Source of the DNA: an uncultured Gemmatimonadaceae bacterium
GTDB taxonomy: Bacteria; Gemmatimonadota; Gemmatimonadetes; Gemmatimonadales; Gemmatimonadaceae
DNA length: 64,000 bases
Assembly (NCBI GenBank): GCA_963843845.1
Contig: CAWJMB010000002.1
Span: 576,001 to 640,000 of the forward strand
Direction: 5' to 3'
Below are positions 21,904 to 33,073 of this stretch, in pieces; within the stretch, counting starts at the first letter, position 1; every line of letters starts with the position of its first letter. The notes under the pieces were generated by a model. It was not told the origin of the DNA and ran no database searches. It saw nothing but the letters and a program-made list of their open reading frames with translations. Position numbers and translations under genes: made by a program.

Positions 21904-22902
21904 CTAGCGACGCCCTTGCTTCGCGGCGCCTTTCTTCGCGGTCGACTTCTTGGCGGTGCTCTTCGTGGGCGCGGCTTTCTTCGCGCTCCCTTTCTTGACC
22001 GGGCTCGTCTTGGCCGAGGCCCGCTTCCCCGCGCCTCCCGGAGCGCCCTGCTTCGCCGTGCCTTTCTTCGCTGCACCCTTCTTGGCAGGCGCCTGCTTCG
22101 CGGTGCTCTTCTTCGTCGCGCCCCTGGCCGTGGATTTCTTCGCTGCGGGCGACTTCGCCGCCGGCGTCCTGGCTGTCGACTTCTTCGCCGCCGGCGTCCT
22201 GGCTGCCGACGTCTTGGCTGCCGACTTCTTGGCTGCCGACGTCTTGGCTGTCGACGTCTTGGCCGTCGACTTCTTCGCCGTCGACGTCTTGGCCGTCGAC
22301 GTCTTGGCCGTCGACTTCGTGCCCGATGTCGTACCCGACTTCGTAGTCGTCGCCTGTTTCGCGCCGCCCTTCGACGCGCCCTTCGCCGCCGCCGTCGACT
22401 TCGGCGTCACGCTACGCTCCGCCGAGGCGCGCTTCGTGCCGCCCCCGGCCGTGCCCCCGGCCGATCCGCCGTCCGCGCCACCCATCGACGAGTCGCCCGA
22501 CCCGCTGCTGCCGCTGCTGCCGCTGCTCGCCGCCGTGCGCGCGGGGCGGGCCGGGCCCGACGACGCGGTCCGCCCGCCGCTCTGCGCACCGCGGCCGCTT
22601 CCACCGCGTGACGACGCGCCGCTCGTCGCGGCGCCGAACAGATCGCCCGAGTCGTCCTCCTCGTCGTCGCCCCCGTCGTCGGCGACGCCGGTCTCGTCCT
22701 CGTCGTCGTCCTCGTCCGGGCTGTCGAACAGCGACTCGGTGCCGCCGCGCGGCGAGCGGTAGCTCGGGGCCTCGTCCGCGTCGTCGTCCTCCTCCTCTTC
22801 CTCGTCGTCGGCGTACCCGGGATCGTCGAAGCCTCCCATGTCGTCGTCGTCGTCGCGGTCCGCGCACCGCAGAGCGTGCTGCAACTCATCCCCCATCGGC
22901 AT
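21904..22902 (-). CDS. Low-complexity protein: acidic N-terminal half plus histone H1/HC2-like Lys-Ala-Thr repeat C-terminal half
   Basis: AGGAGG RBS before ATG 22902. D/E tracts, then AKKST/AKTST/AKKGA pentapeptide repeats. Confidence 0.75.
   Translation of the reverse strand: MPMGDELQHALRCADRDDDDDMGGFDDPGYADDEEEEEDDDADEAPSYRSPRGGTESLFDSPDEDDDEDETGVADDGGDDEEDDSGDLFGAATSGASSRGGSGRGAQSGGRTASSGPARPARTAASSGSSGSSGSGDSSMGGADGGSAGGTAGGGTKRASAERSVTPKSTAAAKGASKGGAKQATTTKSGTTSGTKSTAKTSTAKTSTAKKSTAKTSTAKTSAAKKSAAKTSAARTPAAKKSTARTPAAKSPAAKKSTARGATKKSTAKQAPAKKGAAKKGTAKQGAPGGAGKRASAKTSPVKKGSAKKAAPTKSTAKKSTAKKGAAKQGRR
22150..22320. repeat. Degenerate 15-bp tandem repeats (e.g. CGACGTCTTGGC(C/T)G(C/T)) encoding AK(K/T)S(T/A)
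   Basis: About 11 consecutive 15-nt units visible. Confidence 0.85.
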
Positions 22903-23097
22903 AGCGCCTCCTGTGAGTGTGTCGCCAAACGTGTTTCGTCGGGCCTCCATGCCGGGGGCCGTCTGGTGACGCCGCAGGGGACAGCACGACGCGTGCCCTC
23001 TGCGGATCGACGTGTCACGTAGTACTCGGCGCGTTCGTCAGCGTCAAGCTCCTCGTGCTGACGTGACGGTGGGGCTAGCTGCGGCGCCGTGCGGTCG

Positions 23098-26000
23098 TCA
23101 ATCGCCCGCGACAGGCTCGGGCTGCCCCACGACCGGCCGCCCTGCCGGCACTCCCGTCCGGAACCTCGCCGTCACCCACGTCGCCGCGTCGTCGAGCAGG
23201 GTGTACATGACCGGCACCACGTACAGCGTCAGGATCGTCGACGTGATCAGCCCACCGATCACCGCGCGCGCCATCGGCGCCCGCTGCTCGGCGCCGGCAC
23301 CGATCGCGAGCGCGAGTGGGATCATGCCGAAGATCATGGCGATCGTCGTCATGATGATCGGGCGCAGCCGCTCGCGCGCCGCGGTGAGGATCGAGTCGCG
23401 CCGGTCGACCCCCTTCTCGCGCTCCTGGTTCGTGAAGTCGACGAGCAGAATGCCGTTCTTCGTCACGAGCCCCATGAGCATGATGATCCCGATCATGCTC
23501 ATGACGTTCAGGTTTCCCTTCGTGATGAGGAGCGCGAGCGCGACGCCGATGAACGACAGCGGGAGCGCGAACATGATCGCGAGCGGCTGCAGGAAGCTGC
23601 CGAACAGCGAGGCGAGAATGAGGTAGATGAACACGACGGCCAGCAGGATCGCCTCGAGCACGTACCCTTTCGTGTCGTTCAGATTCTGCACGTCGCCGCC
23701 GAACACCGCGTGGTAGCCGGGCGGCAGGCCTAACGAGTCGATCGCCGTCTTCACCCGGTCGGCGACGTCGCCCAGGCCGTAGCCGGGGAGCACGCCGGAG
23801 TTGATCGTGATCTGCCGCTCGAGCTGACGCCGCTCGATCTGCTGCGGGCCGACGCCGGCCTTGATGTCGGCGACCTGCGCGAGCGCGATCGTCCCCGGTG
23901 CGGTGGCGCCCGTCGCCGCCGTGAGGTTCGTCCCCGCCGTCGTCGTCGTCGCCGTGCCGCCGCCGGAGCGCGGCACCGGAATGTCGGCCACGTCCGCCTG
24001 CGATGCGCGGAGCGAGTCCGGGTAGACGACGATGACGTCGTGCTGATAGCCCTGCGGGTCCTCCCACCGCGTCGCACGCTGGCCGGAGAACAGCGGCTGC
24101 AGTGTCTGCCCGATCGAGCTGATGCTGACGCCGGCCGCCCACGCCTGCTGCCGGTCGACGTTCACGTCGAGCTGCGGGATGTCGCCCTCGTCGCTCGACG
24201 TCGGCTCGGCCGTTCCGGGGATGGCGCGCACGGCGTCGAGCACCTGCGCGGCGGCGATCTTGAGGCGCGACTGCTCGGGGCCCTGGATGTTGATGCGGAT
24301 CGGCGAGCCGCGCCCGCCGAAGATGCTCTGCGCGCCGTTCACCGACACGCGCGCGCCGGCGACGTTGCGGAGCCGCGCACGGAGCGCGTTCTGGATCTCC
24401 GTGATCGGACGGTCGCGCTCGTGCGCCGGCCGCAGCTTCACGAAGACGTTCCCGTTGTTCGGCGTGCCGCGGAAGCCGCCGCCGACGGTGAGGTACGTGA
24501 ACTCGACGTCCGGATCCCGCTTGATCTCGGCCACCACGGCGCGGGCGCGGTCGAGCGTGTAGCGAAGCGACGAGCCGGGCTGCGTGCGGACGGAGACCGA
24601 GTAATCGTCCCCGTTGAGGTCCGGCATCCAGGTGAAGCCGAGCCGCGGGATGATGATGAACGCCGCGATGACCGAGGCGGCGGCGGCGAGCATCACGACG
24701 AGCCGGTGATTGAGCGCCCAGCCCAACGACGGCGTGAATCGGTCGGCGCCGCGCTCGAAGCGGTCGTTGAACGCGAACGCGAACTTGCGAATCGGGTTCC
24801 GGGTCGCGCCGCCGCACCGCGTGTCCGCCTTCGACGTCCGGGTCGTGCCAGATGCTCGACAGCATCGGGTCGAGCGTGAACGACACGAACAGCGACACGA
24901 GCACCGCGAACGCCACCGTGACGCCGAACTGGAAGAAGATGCGCCCGATCATCCCGCCCATGAACGCGACGGGAACGAACACCGCGATCACCGCCATCGT
25001 CGTCGAGAAGACGGCGAGGCCGATCTCGCTCGTCCCCTCGCTCGCGGCGGTGTGGTGGTCTTTGCCGCTCTCGAGGTGCCGCACGATGTTCTCGCGCACG
25101 ACGATCGCGTCGTCGATCAGCAGCCCGATCGCGAGCGACAGCGCGAGCAGCGTCATCGTGTTCAGCGTGAAGCCGAAGATCCACATCCCGAAGAACGCGG
25201 AGATGACCGAGATCGGCAGCGCGAGCCCGGTGATGATCGTCGAGCGCCACGAGTTCAGGAACAGATAGATGATCGCGATCGTGAGGATCGCACCCAGCAG
25301 GATGCTCAGCTCGACGTCGGCGAGCGACTCGCGGATGCGCTGCGAGTCGTCGCGCGTGAGGCGCACCGTGATGTCGCTCGGGAGGCGGCGCTGCAGCTCC
25401 TCGATCGCGCCGCGCACCGAGTCGGCGACGGCGACGGTGTTCGCGCCGGAGAGCTTCTGCACGTCGACCGAGACGGCGGGATTGCCGTCGAGCTCCGCCG
25501 TCGCGCGCGGGTCGGCGACGCCGTCGATCACCGTGGCGACGTCGCCGACCGTCACCGCGACGCCGTTGCGCACGACGACGGGGATCGTGGCGAACGCCTT
25601 CGGGTCGGTGACACGCCCGGTGATGCGCACCAGCTGCTCGATGCTCCCGCGGTTGACGCGGCCCGCCGGGATCTCCTGGTTCTCGCGGTCGAGCACCGCC
25701 ATGACCTGCGGCGGCGAGATGCCGTAGGCGCGCATCGCCGCCGGGTCGAGCGTGACGCGGATCGTGCGCTGCGCGCCGCCGTTGCGCTGCACGCCGCCGA
25801 CGCCCGACACCGCCTCGAGGCGCGTCACGACCGACTCGTCGACGAGGTCCGTCAGCTCGCGCAGGCTGCGCTCGTTGCTCTGGATGGCGAGCGTGACGAT
25901 CGGCGACTCGTTCGGATCGAAGTTCTGGATGATCGGCTCTTCGATGTTCGGCGGGAGCTGCCGCCGGATGCGGGCGACCTTCGCCGCCACGTCCTGCCGC

Positions 26001-26311
26001 GCCGCCTGGATGTCGACGCCGAGGTTGAACTGCAGGCGGACCATCGAGGTCCCCTGGCTCGACGTGCTCGTCACCTCGTACGTCCCCGCCACGGTGTTCA
26101 CGGCCTCCTCGATCGGCCGCGAGACCTGCCGCTCCATCGTCTGCGGCGACGCGCCCGGGTAGGACGTGTTGATCATCACCGTCGGGTAGGCGATGTCCGG
26201 GTACTCGTCGATCGCGAGCCGCTGATAGCCGATGATGCCCAACACCACGAGGGTGAGCATCATCATCGTCGCGAAGACAGGGCGCTTGATGCTGACGTCG
26301 GAGATGAACAT
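23098..26311 (-). CDS. RND efflux permease, AcrB/AcrD/AcrF family (frameshifts near 24730-24830)
   Basis: MFISDVSIKRPVFATMM, GLLIDDAIVVRENI, GLVTKNGILLVDF, RLRPIIMTT. Confidence 0.95.
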
Positions 26312-26315
26312 GGCG

Positions 26316-27556
26316 CTACCTGCGTCCTCGCTGTTGTGGCGTCGGACTCGCGCTGCCATTGCCGCGCCGGTCCGCGTCGAGCACCTGCACCTTCATGCCG
26401 TTGCCGAGCGTGCCGACGTTGCCGGCGACGACGCGGTCGCCCTCGTCGAGCCCGTCGAGCACCTGCGCCGTTCCCGCCGCGTCGTCGACGATGCCGAGCT
26501 GCACGGTCTCGCGCGACAGCTTGTCGCCGTCGATGCGATAGACGAACGGCTTCGCGCCGGAATCCGGCGACTGGCGGATCGCCGTCGTCGGGATGAGCAG
26601 CGCGTCGCTCACCGTCCGAGCGACAACGCGGCCGGTGGCGAACGTGTTCCCCTTGAGCGCGCCGTTCGGGTTCGGGATCTGGACGTAGACGGTGATCGAC
26701 CGCGTCGTCGGGTCGACCGTCGGGCTCACCCGCGCGACCTTGCCGTCGAAGCGACGCCCGTCGGCGGTGAAGTGCACGAGCTGGCCCGGCCGGACCTCGC
26801 TGGCGAGGCGCGACGGCACCGCCGCGGCCAGCTCGAGCACGTCGCCGCGCACGACGGTGAACAGCGCCGTCCCGCGCGTCACGTGCTCGCCCGGCTCGGC
26901 CAGTCGCTTCTCGACGATCCCCGAGTTCGGCGACGTGACGCGGGTGTCGCGCGACGTGTTCGACGCCGACTGCACGCGCGCCTGCGCCGCCGCGACACGC
27001 GCGCGCGCCGCCTCGGCATCGTTCCGCGACATGCGCGCCTCGCGCTCGGCGATCGCTCCGGCCTTCAGCAGCTCGGCCGACTGCTGCGCGTTCCACTCGG
27101 CGGTCGACAGCATCGCTCTCGCGCTCGCCAGGTCCGCGTCGGCACTCGCGCGATCGCTGACCTGCGCGGTCGACTCGAAGCGAGCGAGCAGTTGCCCCGT
27201 GCCGACGCGCTGTCCTTCGCGCACGTACACGGCATCGAGGTCGCCTTCGATGCGGGCACGCACGTCGACCGACTCGATCGGCCGCAGATCGCCGGTGATC
27301 GGCACCGGTGCCTCGATCGCTCCCCGCGTCACGGTCGCGACGTCGCCCGACGCCAGCATGACCGTCGACGCGCCGCGGCGGGCACCGCCCGGCCCCCCCG
27401 CGCCGCCCGCCCCGCCGGCGGTGCCCCCCCTCCAGGACCTCCGCCACCAGGCGCGGCGGCCGCCGCGTCGGACGATTTGCCGCCCGAGCATGCGGCGAGG
27501 AGGCACAGCAGCGTCGCCGCCAGGGGCGGCATCGCGGCGAACGCGTTCGGTCTCAT
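26316..27556 (-). CDS. RND periplasmic adaptor (MFP) lipoprotein (frameshift near 27425)
   Basis: Lipobox LAAC, VREGQRVGTGQLLAR, SPTVDPTTRS, GLDEGDRVV. Confidence 0.9.
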
Positions 27557-29025
27557 GGATTCTGCCCCGCGAGCGGGATCGGGTGGCCGAGCGAGCGGTC
27601 GAGCTCCGCGGCCGCGAGATAGACGTCATATGTGGCCCGCAGCGCGTTCGTCTGCGCGGTGAGCAGCGCGAACTGCGCGTCGGACACTTCGAGCGGCGTG
27701 CCGATGCCGCGCGCCTGCCGCAGCTCGGCCAGCCGGAACGCCTCTTCGGCCTGGCCGACGTTGGCGCGCTGCGACGCGACGAGCGCCGAGACGCGGCGCG
27801 CGTTCGCCCGCGCCTGCGCGACTTCGACCTGCACCCGCTCGCGCGTCTGCGCGAGCTGCACCTCGGCGATGCGCGCGTTCGCCTGCGCGAGATCGACGTT
27901 TCCCTTCGTGCGCAACCCGTCGAAGAACGGCCAGCTCACCTGGAGCGCGAACGACCGGTCGGCGAAGAACCCATTGTTCTGACACAGTCGCGTCGCCGCC
28001 GAACCGGCCGGACAGAACGCGTTCGACGTCTCGCCGAGGCGGAACGGGAACCCGGCCGTGGCGGGGAGCGCGAGGAAGCCGTTCGTGAACGAGAACGTGA
28101 CGGTCGGGAGATAGTCGGCCCGCGCCACGCGCACGGCAGCGGACCGCGCCCGCGCCAGCTCCTCCGACGCGCGCAACAGCCCGCGGTCGCCCGAGAGCGT
28201 GTCGGCGTCGATGCGCGCGAGCACGCCGAGCACGGCGGCCGAGTCGGTCGGCAGCGTGGTGGTGAGGCGGATCGGCTGCGTCATCGGCACGTTCAGCAGC
28301 CGCCGCAGCTCCAGGTACGCGTTGTCGCGGTCGTTGCGCGCCTGGATCAGCAGCGGCTCGAGATTCGTGCGCTCGACGCGGACACGGAGCACGTCGTACC
28401 GGGCCGCACGGCCGGCGCGCTCGAGCTGCTCGCTCTGCGCGACGCGCTGGTCGGAGAGCGCGAGGTTGCGCTCCTGGATCGTGACGAGCCCCTCGGCGGC
28501 GAGCGCGGTGAGATAGGCGCGCTGCACGTCGACGGTGACCTGGGCGCGCGTCTCGGCGATCGTGAAGCGGGTGCTCGCCTGGGTGCGGCGCGCGGCCTGG
28601 ATGCCGGCGACCGCCCGCCCGCCCTGAAACAGCGGGACCGACGCGTTGACGTTCCCGACGTACGTGTACGCCTGGCCGAACACCGACCCGACGATGGTCG
28701 CGCGCGCGTTCTCGAGCACCTGCGTGTAGCCGCCGTTGAAGCGCAGCTGCGGCAGCATGGTCGAGCGCGCGACGGTCAACTGCGCGCCGGTCGCGTCTTC
28801 CTGCGCATCGACGAGCCGGACCTCGTCGCCGACGGCGAGCACACGCGCGACGGCGTCAGGGAGGGCGACGAGCACGGTGTCGCCGCGCGTCGGAAAGGAC
28901 GGGGCGGGCTGAGCGCCCGCACGGGCGGCGGCCGCCGGAACGGCGAGCGCGAGCGCGGCGGCGAATCGGGCCAAGAACGACGGAACGCGCCAGTGCGGCG
29001 CGCCCGGAAAACACTGCGGTGGCAT
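27553..29025 (-). CDS. TolC-family outer membrane efflux protein
   Basis: Signal peptide, ADYLPTV, VSWPFFDGLRT, GTPLEVSDAQ. First gene of the TolC-MFP-RND operon. Confidence 0.9.
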   Translation of the reverse strand: MPPQCFPGAPHWRVPSFLARFAAALALAVPAAAARAGAQPAPSFPTRGDTVLVALPDAVARVLAVGDEVRLVDAQEDATGAQLTVARSTMLPQLRFNGGYTQVLENARATIVGSVFGQAYTYVGNVNASVPLFQGGRAVAGIQAARRTQASTRFTIAETRAQVTVDVQRAYLTALAAEGLVTIQERNLALSDQRVAQSEQLERAGRAARYDVLRVRVERTNLEPLLIQARNDRDNAYLELRRLLNVPMTQPIRLTTTLPTDSAAVLGVLARIDADTLSGDRGLLRASEELARARSAAVRVARADYLPTVTFSFTNGFLALPATAGFPFRLGETSNAFCPAGSAATRLCQNNGFFADRSFALQVSWPFFDGLRTKGNVDLAQANARIAEVQLAQTRERVQVEVAQARANARRVSALVASQRANVGQAEEAFRLAELRQARGIGTPLEVSDAQFALLTAQTNALRATYDVYLAAAELDRSLGHPIPLAGQNP

Positions 29026-29200
29026 ACGGAGCTATACGTCGTCGGGAAGGGGAACGTTCAATGCGGCGTTCTGGTGCCGCTGACTGCGGGGCCGGTGCGG
29101 CGGGGTCGGTGCGGCGGGGACGATACCCCGTGACCACGCCGTCGATGAGGCGCGGTCGAGACGGCGCCGCCGATGAGGCGTGGGACGGGCAATGAACAGC

Positions 29201-29235
29201 ATGGCCTGGCTCTCAGTCACGAGAGACCAGGCCAT
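29201..29235. terminator. Strong hairpin between HD-GYP gene and TolC operon (terminator or attenuator candidate)
   Basis: ATGGCCTGG-CTCTC-agtcac-GAGAG-a-CCAGGCCAT. Confidence 0.5.
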
Positions 29236-29375
29236 TCCGTTTACTCACGTCCGAATCCACGCCGTTTCGCCAGCGCGGGACCGGCAGCGCCGGATCGCCC
29301 GCGTCGTCACGGTTCACCGTCCCCGCCGTTCCGTCCCCGCCGTTCCGTCCCCGCCGTGATCAGCCGACAGCGCGC

Positions 29376-30470
29376 TCACTCGAGAAACGTCAACGTCTGC
29401 CCCCGCTCGATCACCGCCTTCAACGCATCGAACACCGTCGGATCGAGCAGCGACCCCCGCAGCGTCGCGAGATGCGTCAGCGCCTGCTCGGGGGTCATCG
29501 CCCCGCGATACGCCCGCGCCGACGTCACCGCTTCGTACGCATCCGCCGCTGCGAGAATGCGCCCGCCGATCGAGATCTCGTCGCCGACCAGGCCGCGCGG
29601 ATAGCCGCGTCCGTCCCACCGCTCGTGGTGATCGCCGACGTAGTCGAGCACGTGCCCGAGATGGCGAAGCGGACGCAGGATGTCGAGGCCGATGCGCACG
29701 TGCTCCTTGACCTGCGCGTACTCCTCCGGCGTCAGCGCGCTCGGCTTGCCGAGCACCACGTCGCTGATGCCGATCTTGCCGACGTCGTGCAGCCGGCCGG
29801 CGAGCCGCACGTCGTCGACGGCGCGCTCGGCGAGCCCCAGGTGGTCGGCGATCGACGCGGCGAGGTCCGCCACGCGGGCCGAGGTGCCGCGGAACGCGGC
29901 GTCCTTCGTCTCCATCGCCGTCACGAGCGCGTCGGCCATCTGAATGCTGACGTCGCGCAGCGCGTCCGGGTCGACCTCTGGGGGGGTGGGGAGGGATCGG
30001 GGATCGGGGTGTGACCACGCAGACCGATCCTCGATCCCCGATCCCCGAGCCCCGGCCGTTTCCCGCCGCCGCCGCGCTCCCCGCTCGCCCAGCACCCGCT
30101 CGACCGCCTGCAGCAGCACCGCCAGCTCGACCGGCTTCACGAGGTAGTCGGCGGCACCCTGCGTCAACGCGGTGCGCGCCGTCGCGGCGTCGTTCGCAGC
30201 GCTCAGCATGATGATCGCGAGCTCGGGGTCGAGCGCGCGTGCCTGCGGCACGACGTCGAGACCGCTCACGCCGGGCATGCGCACGTCGCAGAGCATGAGT
30301 GCGTAGCTCCCCGGCGTGATCGCGTCGAGCGCGCTCTGTCCGGAGCCGACCGCGTGCACCTCGTAGCCCCGCGCGCGCAGAAAGCGGCCGAGCGCGAGGC
30401 GGATCGTCTCCTCGTCGTCGACGACGAGGATGCGGACCGGGGGGGCCGGGGGTGCGGTGTCGCTACTCAC
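29376..30470 (-). CDS. Response regulator with HD-GYP (cyclic dinucleotide phosphodiesterase) output domain
   Basis: RILVVDDEE receiver, LHDVGKIG, HHERWDGRGYPRGL, AAADAYEA. Start uncertain. Confidence 0.92.
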   Translation of the reverse strand: MSSDTAPPAPPVRILVVDDEETIRLALGRFLRARGYEVHAVGSGQSALDAITPGSYALMLCDVRMPGVSGLDVVPQARALDPELAIIMLSAANDAATARTALTQGAADYLVKPVELAVLLQAVERVLGERGARRRRETAGARGSGIEDRSAWSHPDPRSLPTPPEVDPDALRDVSIQMADALVTAMETKDAAFRGTSARVADLAASIADHLGLAERAVDDVRLAGRLHDVGKIGISDVVLGKPSALTPEEYAQVKEHVRIGLDILRPLRHLGHVLDYVGDHHERWDGRGYPRGLVGDEISIGGRILAAADAYEAVTSARAYRGAMTPEQALTHLATLRGSLLDPTVFDALKAVIERGQTLTFLE

Positions 30471-30486
30471 AGGCAGTGGCGTCGAG

Positions 30487-32979
30487 TCACGAGAGAGCGA
30501 CGAATGCGCGCGGAAGCCGGTCACCAGGGGGCACGTCCGCCGCCGCGCGACGCCCGGGGAGCGCCGGGAGCGCCGGGAGCGCCGGGAGCGCGATCTCGAG
30601 CGTCGCGCCGCGGCCTGGCTCGCTCGTGGCGCGCAGCTCGCCGCCGTGCGATTGCACGATGCCGTAGCTCACGCTGAGACCGAGCCCCGTCCCCTCGCCG
30701 GCCGCCTTCGTCGTGAAGAACGGCTCGAAGATGCGCGGCAGCACGTCCGGCGCGATGCCGCGCCCGCTGTCGGCGATCGCGATCACGACGCGCCCGCCGG
30801 CGCCGGGAATGCCGTCGACGCGCGTCGTCACGTCGATCCGCTTCGCCGCCGCGTCGCGCAGCGCGTGCTCGGCGTTCATGACGACGTTGAGGACGACCTG
30901 CTGCAGCTTCGCGTCGTCGCCGAGGACCGCGGGGAGGTGCGGCGCGCGGACGACGCGCAGCTCGACGCCGGCGACGCGGAGCGCGTACGCGCGCAGCCGC
31001 AGCGTGCGCTCGACGAGATCGTTCGCGTCGAGCGGCGCCGTAGCTCGGCTCGGTCGTGCGCGAGAACGCGAGCAGGTCGCGCACGACGCCGATCGCGCGG
31101 TCGGACTCGCGCTTGATGAGCCGCACGCTCTCGCGCTGGTCGTCGCTCAGCGCGTCCTCGAGCAGGAGCTCGGCGAACGCGGAGACGCCGGTGAGCGGGT
31201 TGTTGATCTCGTGCGCGACGCCGGCGACGAGCTCGCCCAGCGCGGCCATCTTCTCCGCCTGCCGCAACTGCTCGGTCACCTGCCGCTCGTCGACGAGCCG
31301 GCGCCCGCGCTCCGCGGCGAGCAGCATCGCGTCGAGGGCGAGCGCCGCCGAGTCGGCGATCGCGACGAGCGTCTCCTGGTGCGCCGGATCGAGCGGCTGG
31401 CCGAGTGGCGTCGTGACGGCGAGGTCGCCGACGACGCGTCCGCGGGCGACGAGCGGCAGCAGCACCGCCGACGCCGCGACCGCCGGATGACGCGCCGCCT
31501 CCGGACACCACGCTGGGGTGACGAGCCGGCGCAGGTCCTCGACGCTCACCAGCGCCATGCGCCCGTCGGGCGCGAGCGCGAGCGGCGCCGCGCGCGGTGC
31601 GCAGATGCCGCGGAGAAAGGCGATCGTGCCGGTCGCCGCCACACAGTCGATCGCCTGTGCCGTCGGCCGAGGGGCACGGCCGCTCACGACGTCGCTCGGC
31701 ACGCTGAGCGCCTTGCCGCTCGACGGCACGAGCTGGTCGAGCACGTCGAGGATCGCCGCGGCGCCGGCGGCGAGCGGGGGCGCGCTGAGCGCGAGACGCG
31801 CCAGCCCGGTCGTCGCGGTGGCGACGGCGCGGTCGTGCGCGAGCCCGACCGCTGCCGCGTCGTGGCGCGCCGGCCGTGCGTCGTGCGCGGGCGCGTGCGG
31901 TTCGGGCGTGTCGCGTGCAGGCGACCCGGGCGCGCGCGGAACGGTCGCCGTGTCGGGTCGCACCCCCAGCACGAACAGTCCGTGTGCCGCGAGGCGCTCG
32001 GCCACCTCGCGCTGTCGCGCGTCGAACGGGTGGGGCGCGCTCGTGACGACGCACAGCACGGCGACGACAGTGTCGCCGTCGACCAGTGGCGCGACGATCG
32101 TCGAGCGTGTGGCGTGATGGACGGCGACTCGGCGGTGCGTGATGGCGTCGTGGACGGGGAGGGGGCGCGGACCGTCATCGCGTCGTCCTGCGCGCCGGCG
32201 AGCGTGCCGAGCGCCGCGGCGACGCGCCATTCGGCGCCGGGGGCGCGGTCGAGCGCGGGTGACGTCACGATGCACGCGCCGTCCCCATCGAGCAGTGTCT
32301 GCGCCGCGTGCGCCAACTGGCCGAGCGCCGCCGCGTCGAGGTGCGGGGCCGCCGCGCCGCTCGGTCGGGCCGACGCGTCGGTCGGCGGCGCGCTGGGAGG
32401 TGCCGCGTCGGCGAGGGCGTGCGGCGGCCGGTCGGCGCGCGAGCGAAGGAACCGGATCGACACGACGTGCGTCGCGTCGTCGCGCCGTGACACCCGCCAG
32501 CGCGATTCCGGTCTCCCGGCCGCGTCGTGCAGCGTGTAGGCCGCCGCGTCGGTGTCGCGCGCGCGGAGCGCGCGTAGCGCCGCATCGAGCGCCAGCGACG
32601 CCCCACCGTCGCCGAGCCGGTGGAGCGTGCGGGCCGCGTCGAGCCCGATCGTCGCGACCGCGGACGGGGCGCCGAGGAGGCGCGCGGCGGGGAGGTTCGC
32701 GTACATCACCGTGCCGTGCGCGTCGAGCTGCATCACGCCGTCGTCACGCGCGTCGCGGTCGTGACGGTCGTCGTGCGCGTCGCGCCGCCGGTCATGGCGT
32801 TCCCACTCGTCGCGCTCCCACCCGTCGCGCTCGCATGCATCGCGCTCGCATGCATCGCGCTCGCGACCGCTGCGATGTGCCGACGTCCGGACGAGTAGCG
32901 CGCCGTCGGGCGCGCGGTGGTCGCGGTGGTCGCGATCGGAGCGCGCGTGGCGGGCAGAGCGGCGCGAGCGGTCGGGCAC
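30487..32979 (-). CDS. PAS/GAF sensor histidine kinase (frameshifted, start uncertain)
   Basis: QLRQAEKMAALGELVAGVAHEINNPL, MNAEHAL, IADSGRGI, FEPFFTTKAAGEGTGLGLSVSYGIV. PAS-like QLDAHGTVMYANLPAARLLG. Confidence 0.8.
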
Positions 32980-33073
32980 GGAGTCGACGACGCGAGGTGG
33001 GGGCGGGCGACGCGCGGTGGATGCCGAGCGCGCGCGCCGTCACCGACGCGACGGCGCGCGAGCAATGTACGCG

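Noticed and set aside
21950..22762. 270-aa plus-strand hydrophobic repeat ORF (AVDFF/AVDVL)
   Set aside because: Antisense shadow of the Lys-rich repeat gene, which has the clear AGGAGG RBS.
29030..29370. Riboswitch or tRNA in the long leader of the TolC operon
   Set aside because: Only one strong hairpin and short repeats. I could not match any known RNA family consensus by eye.
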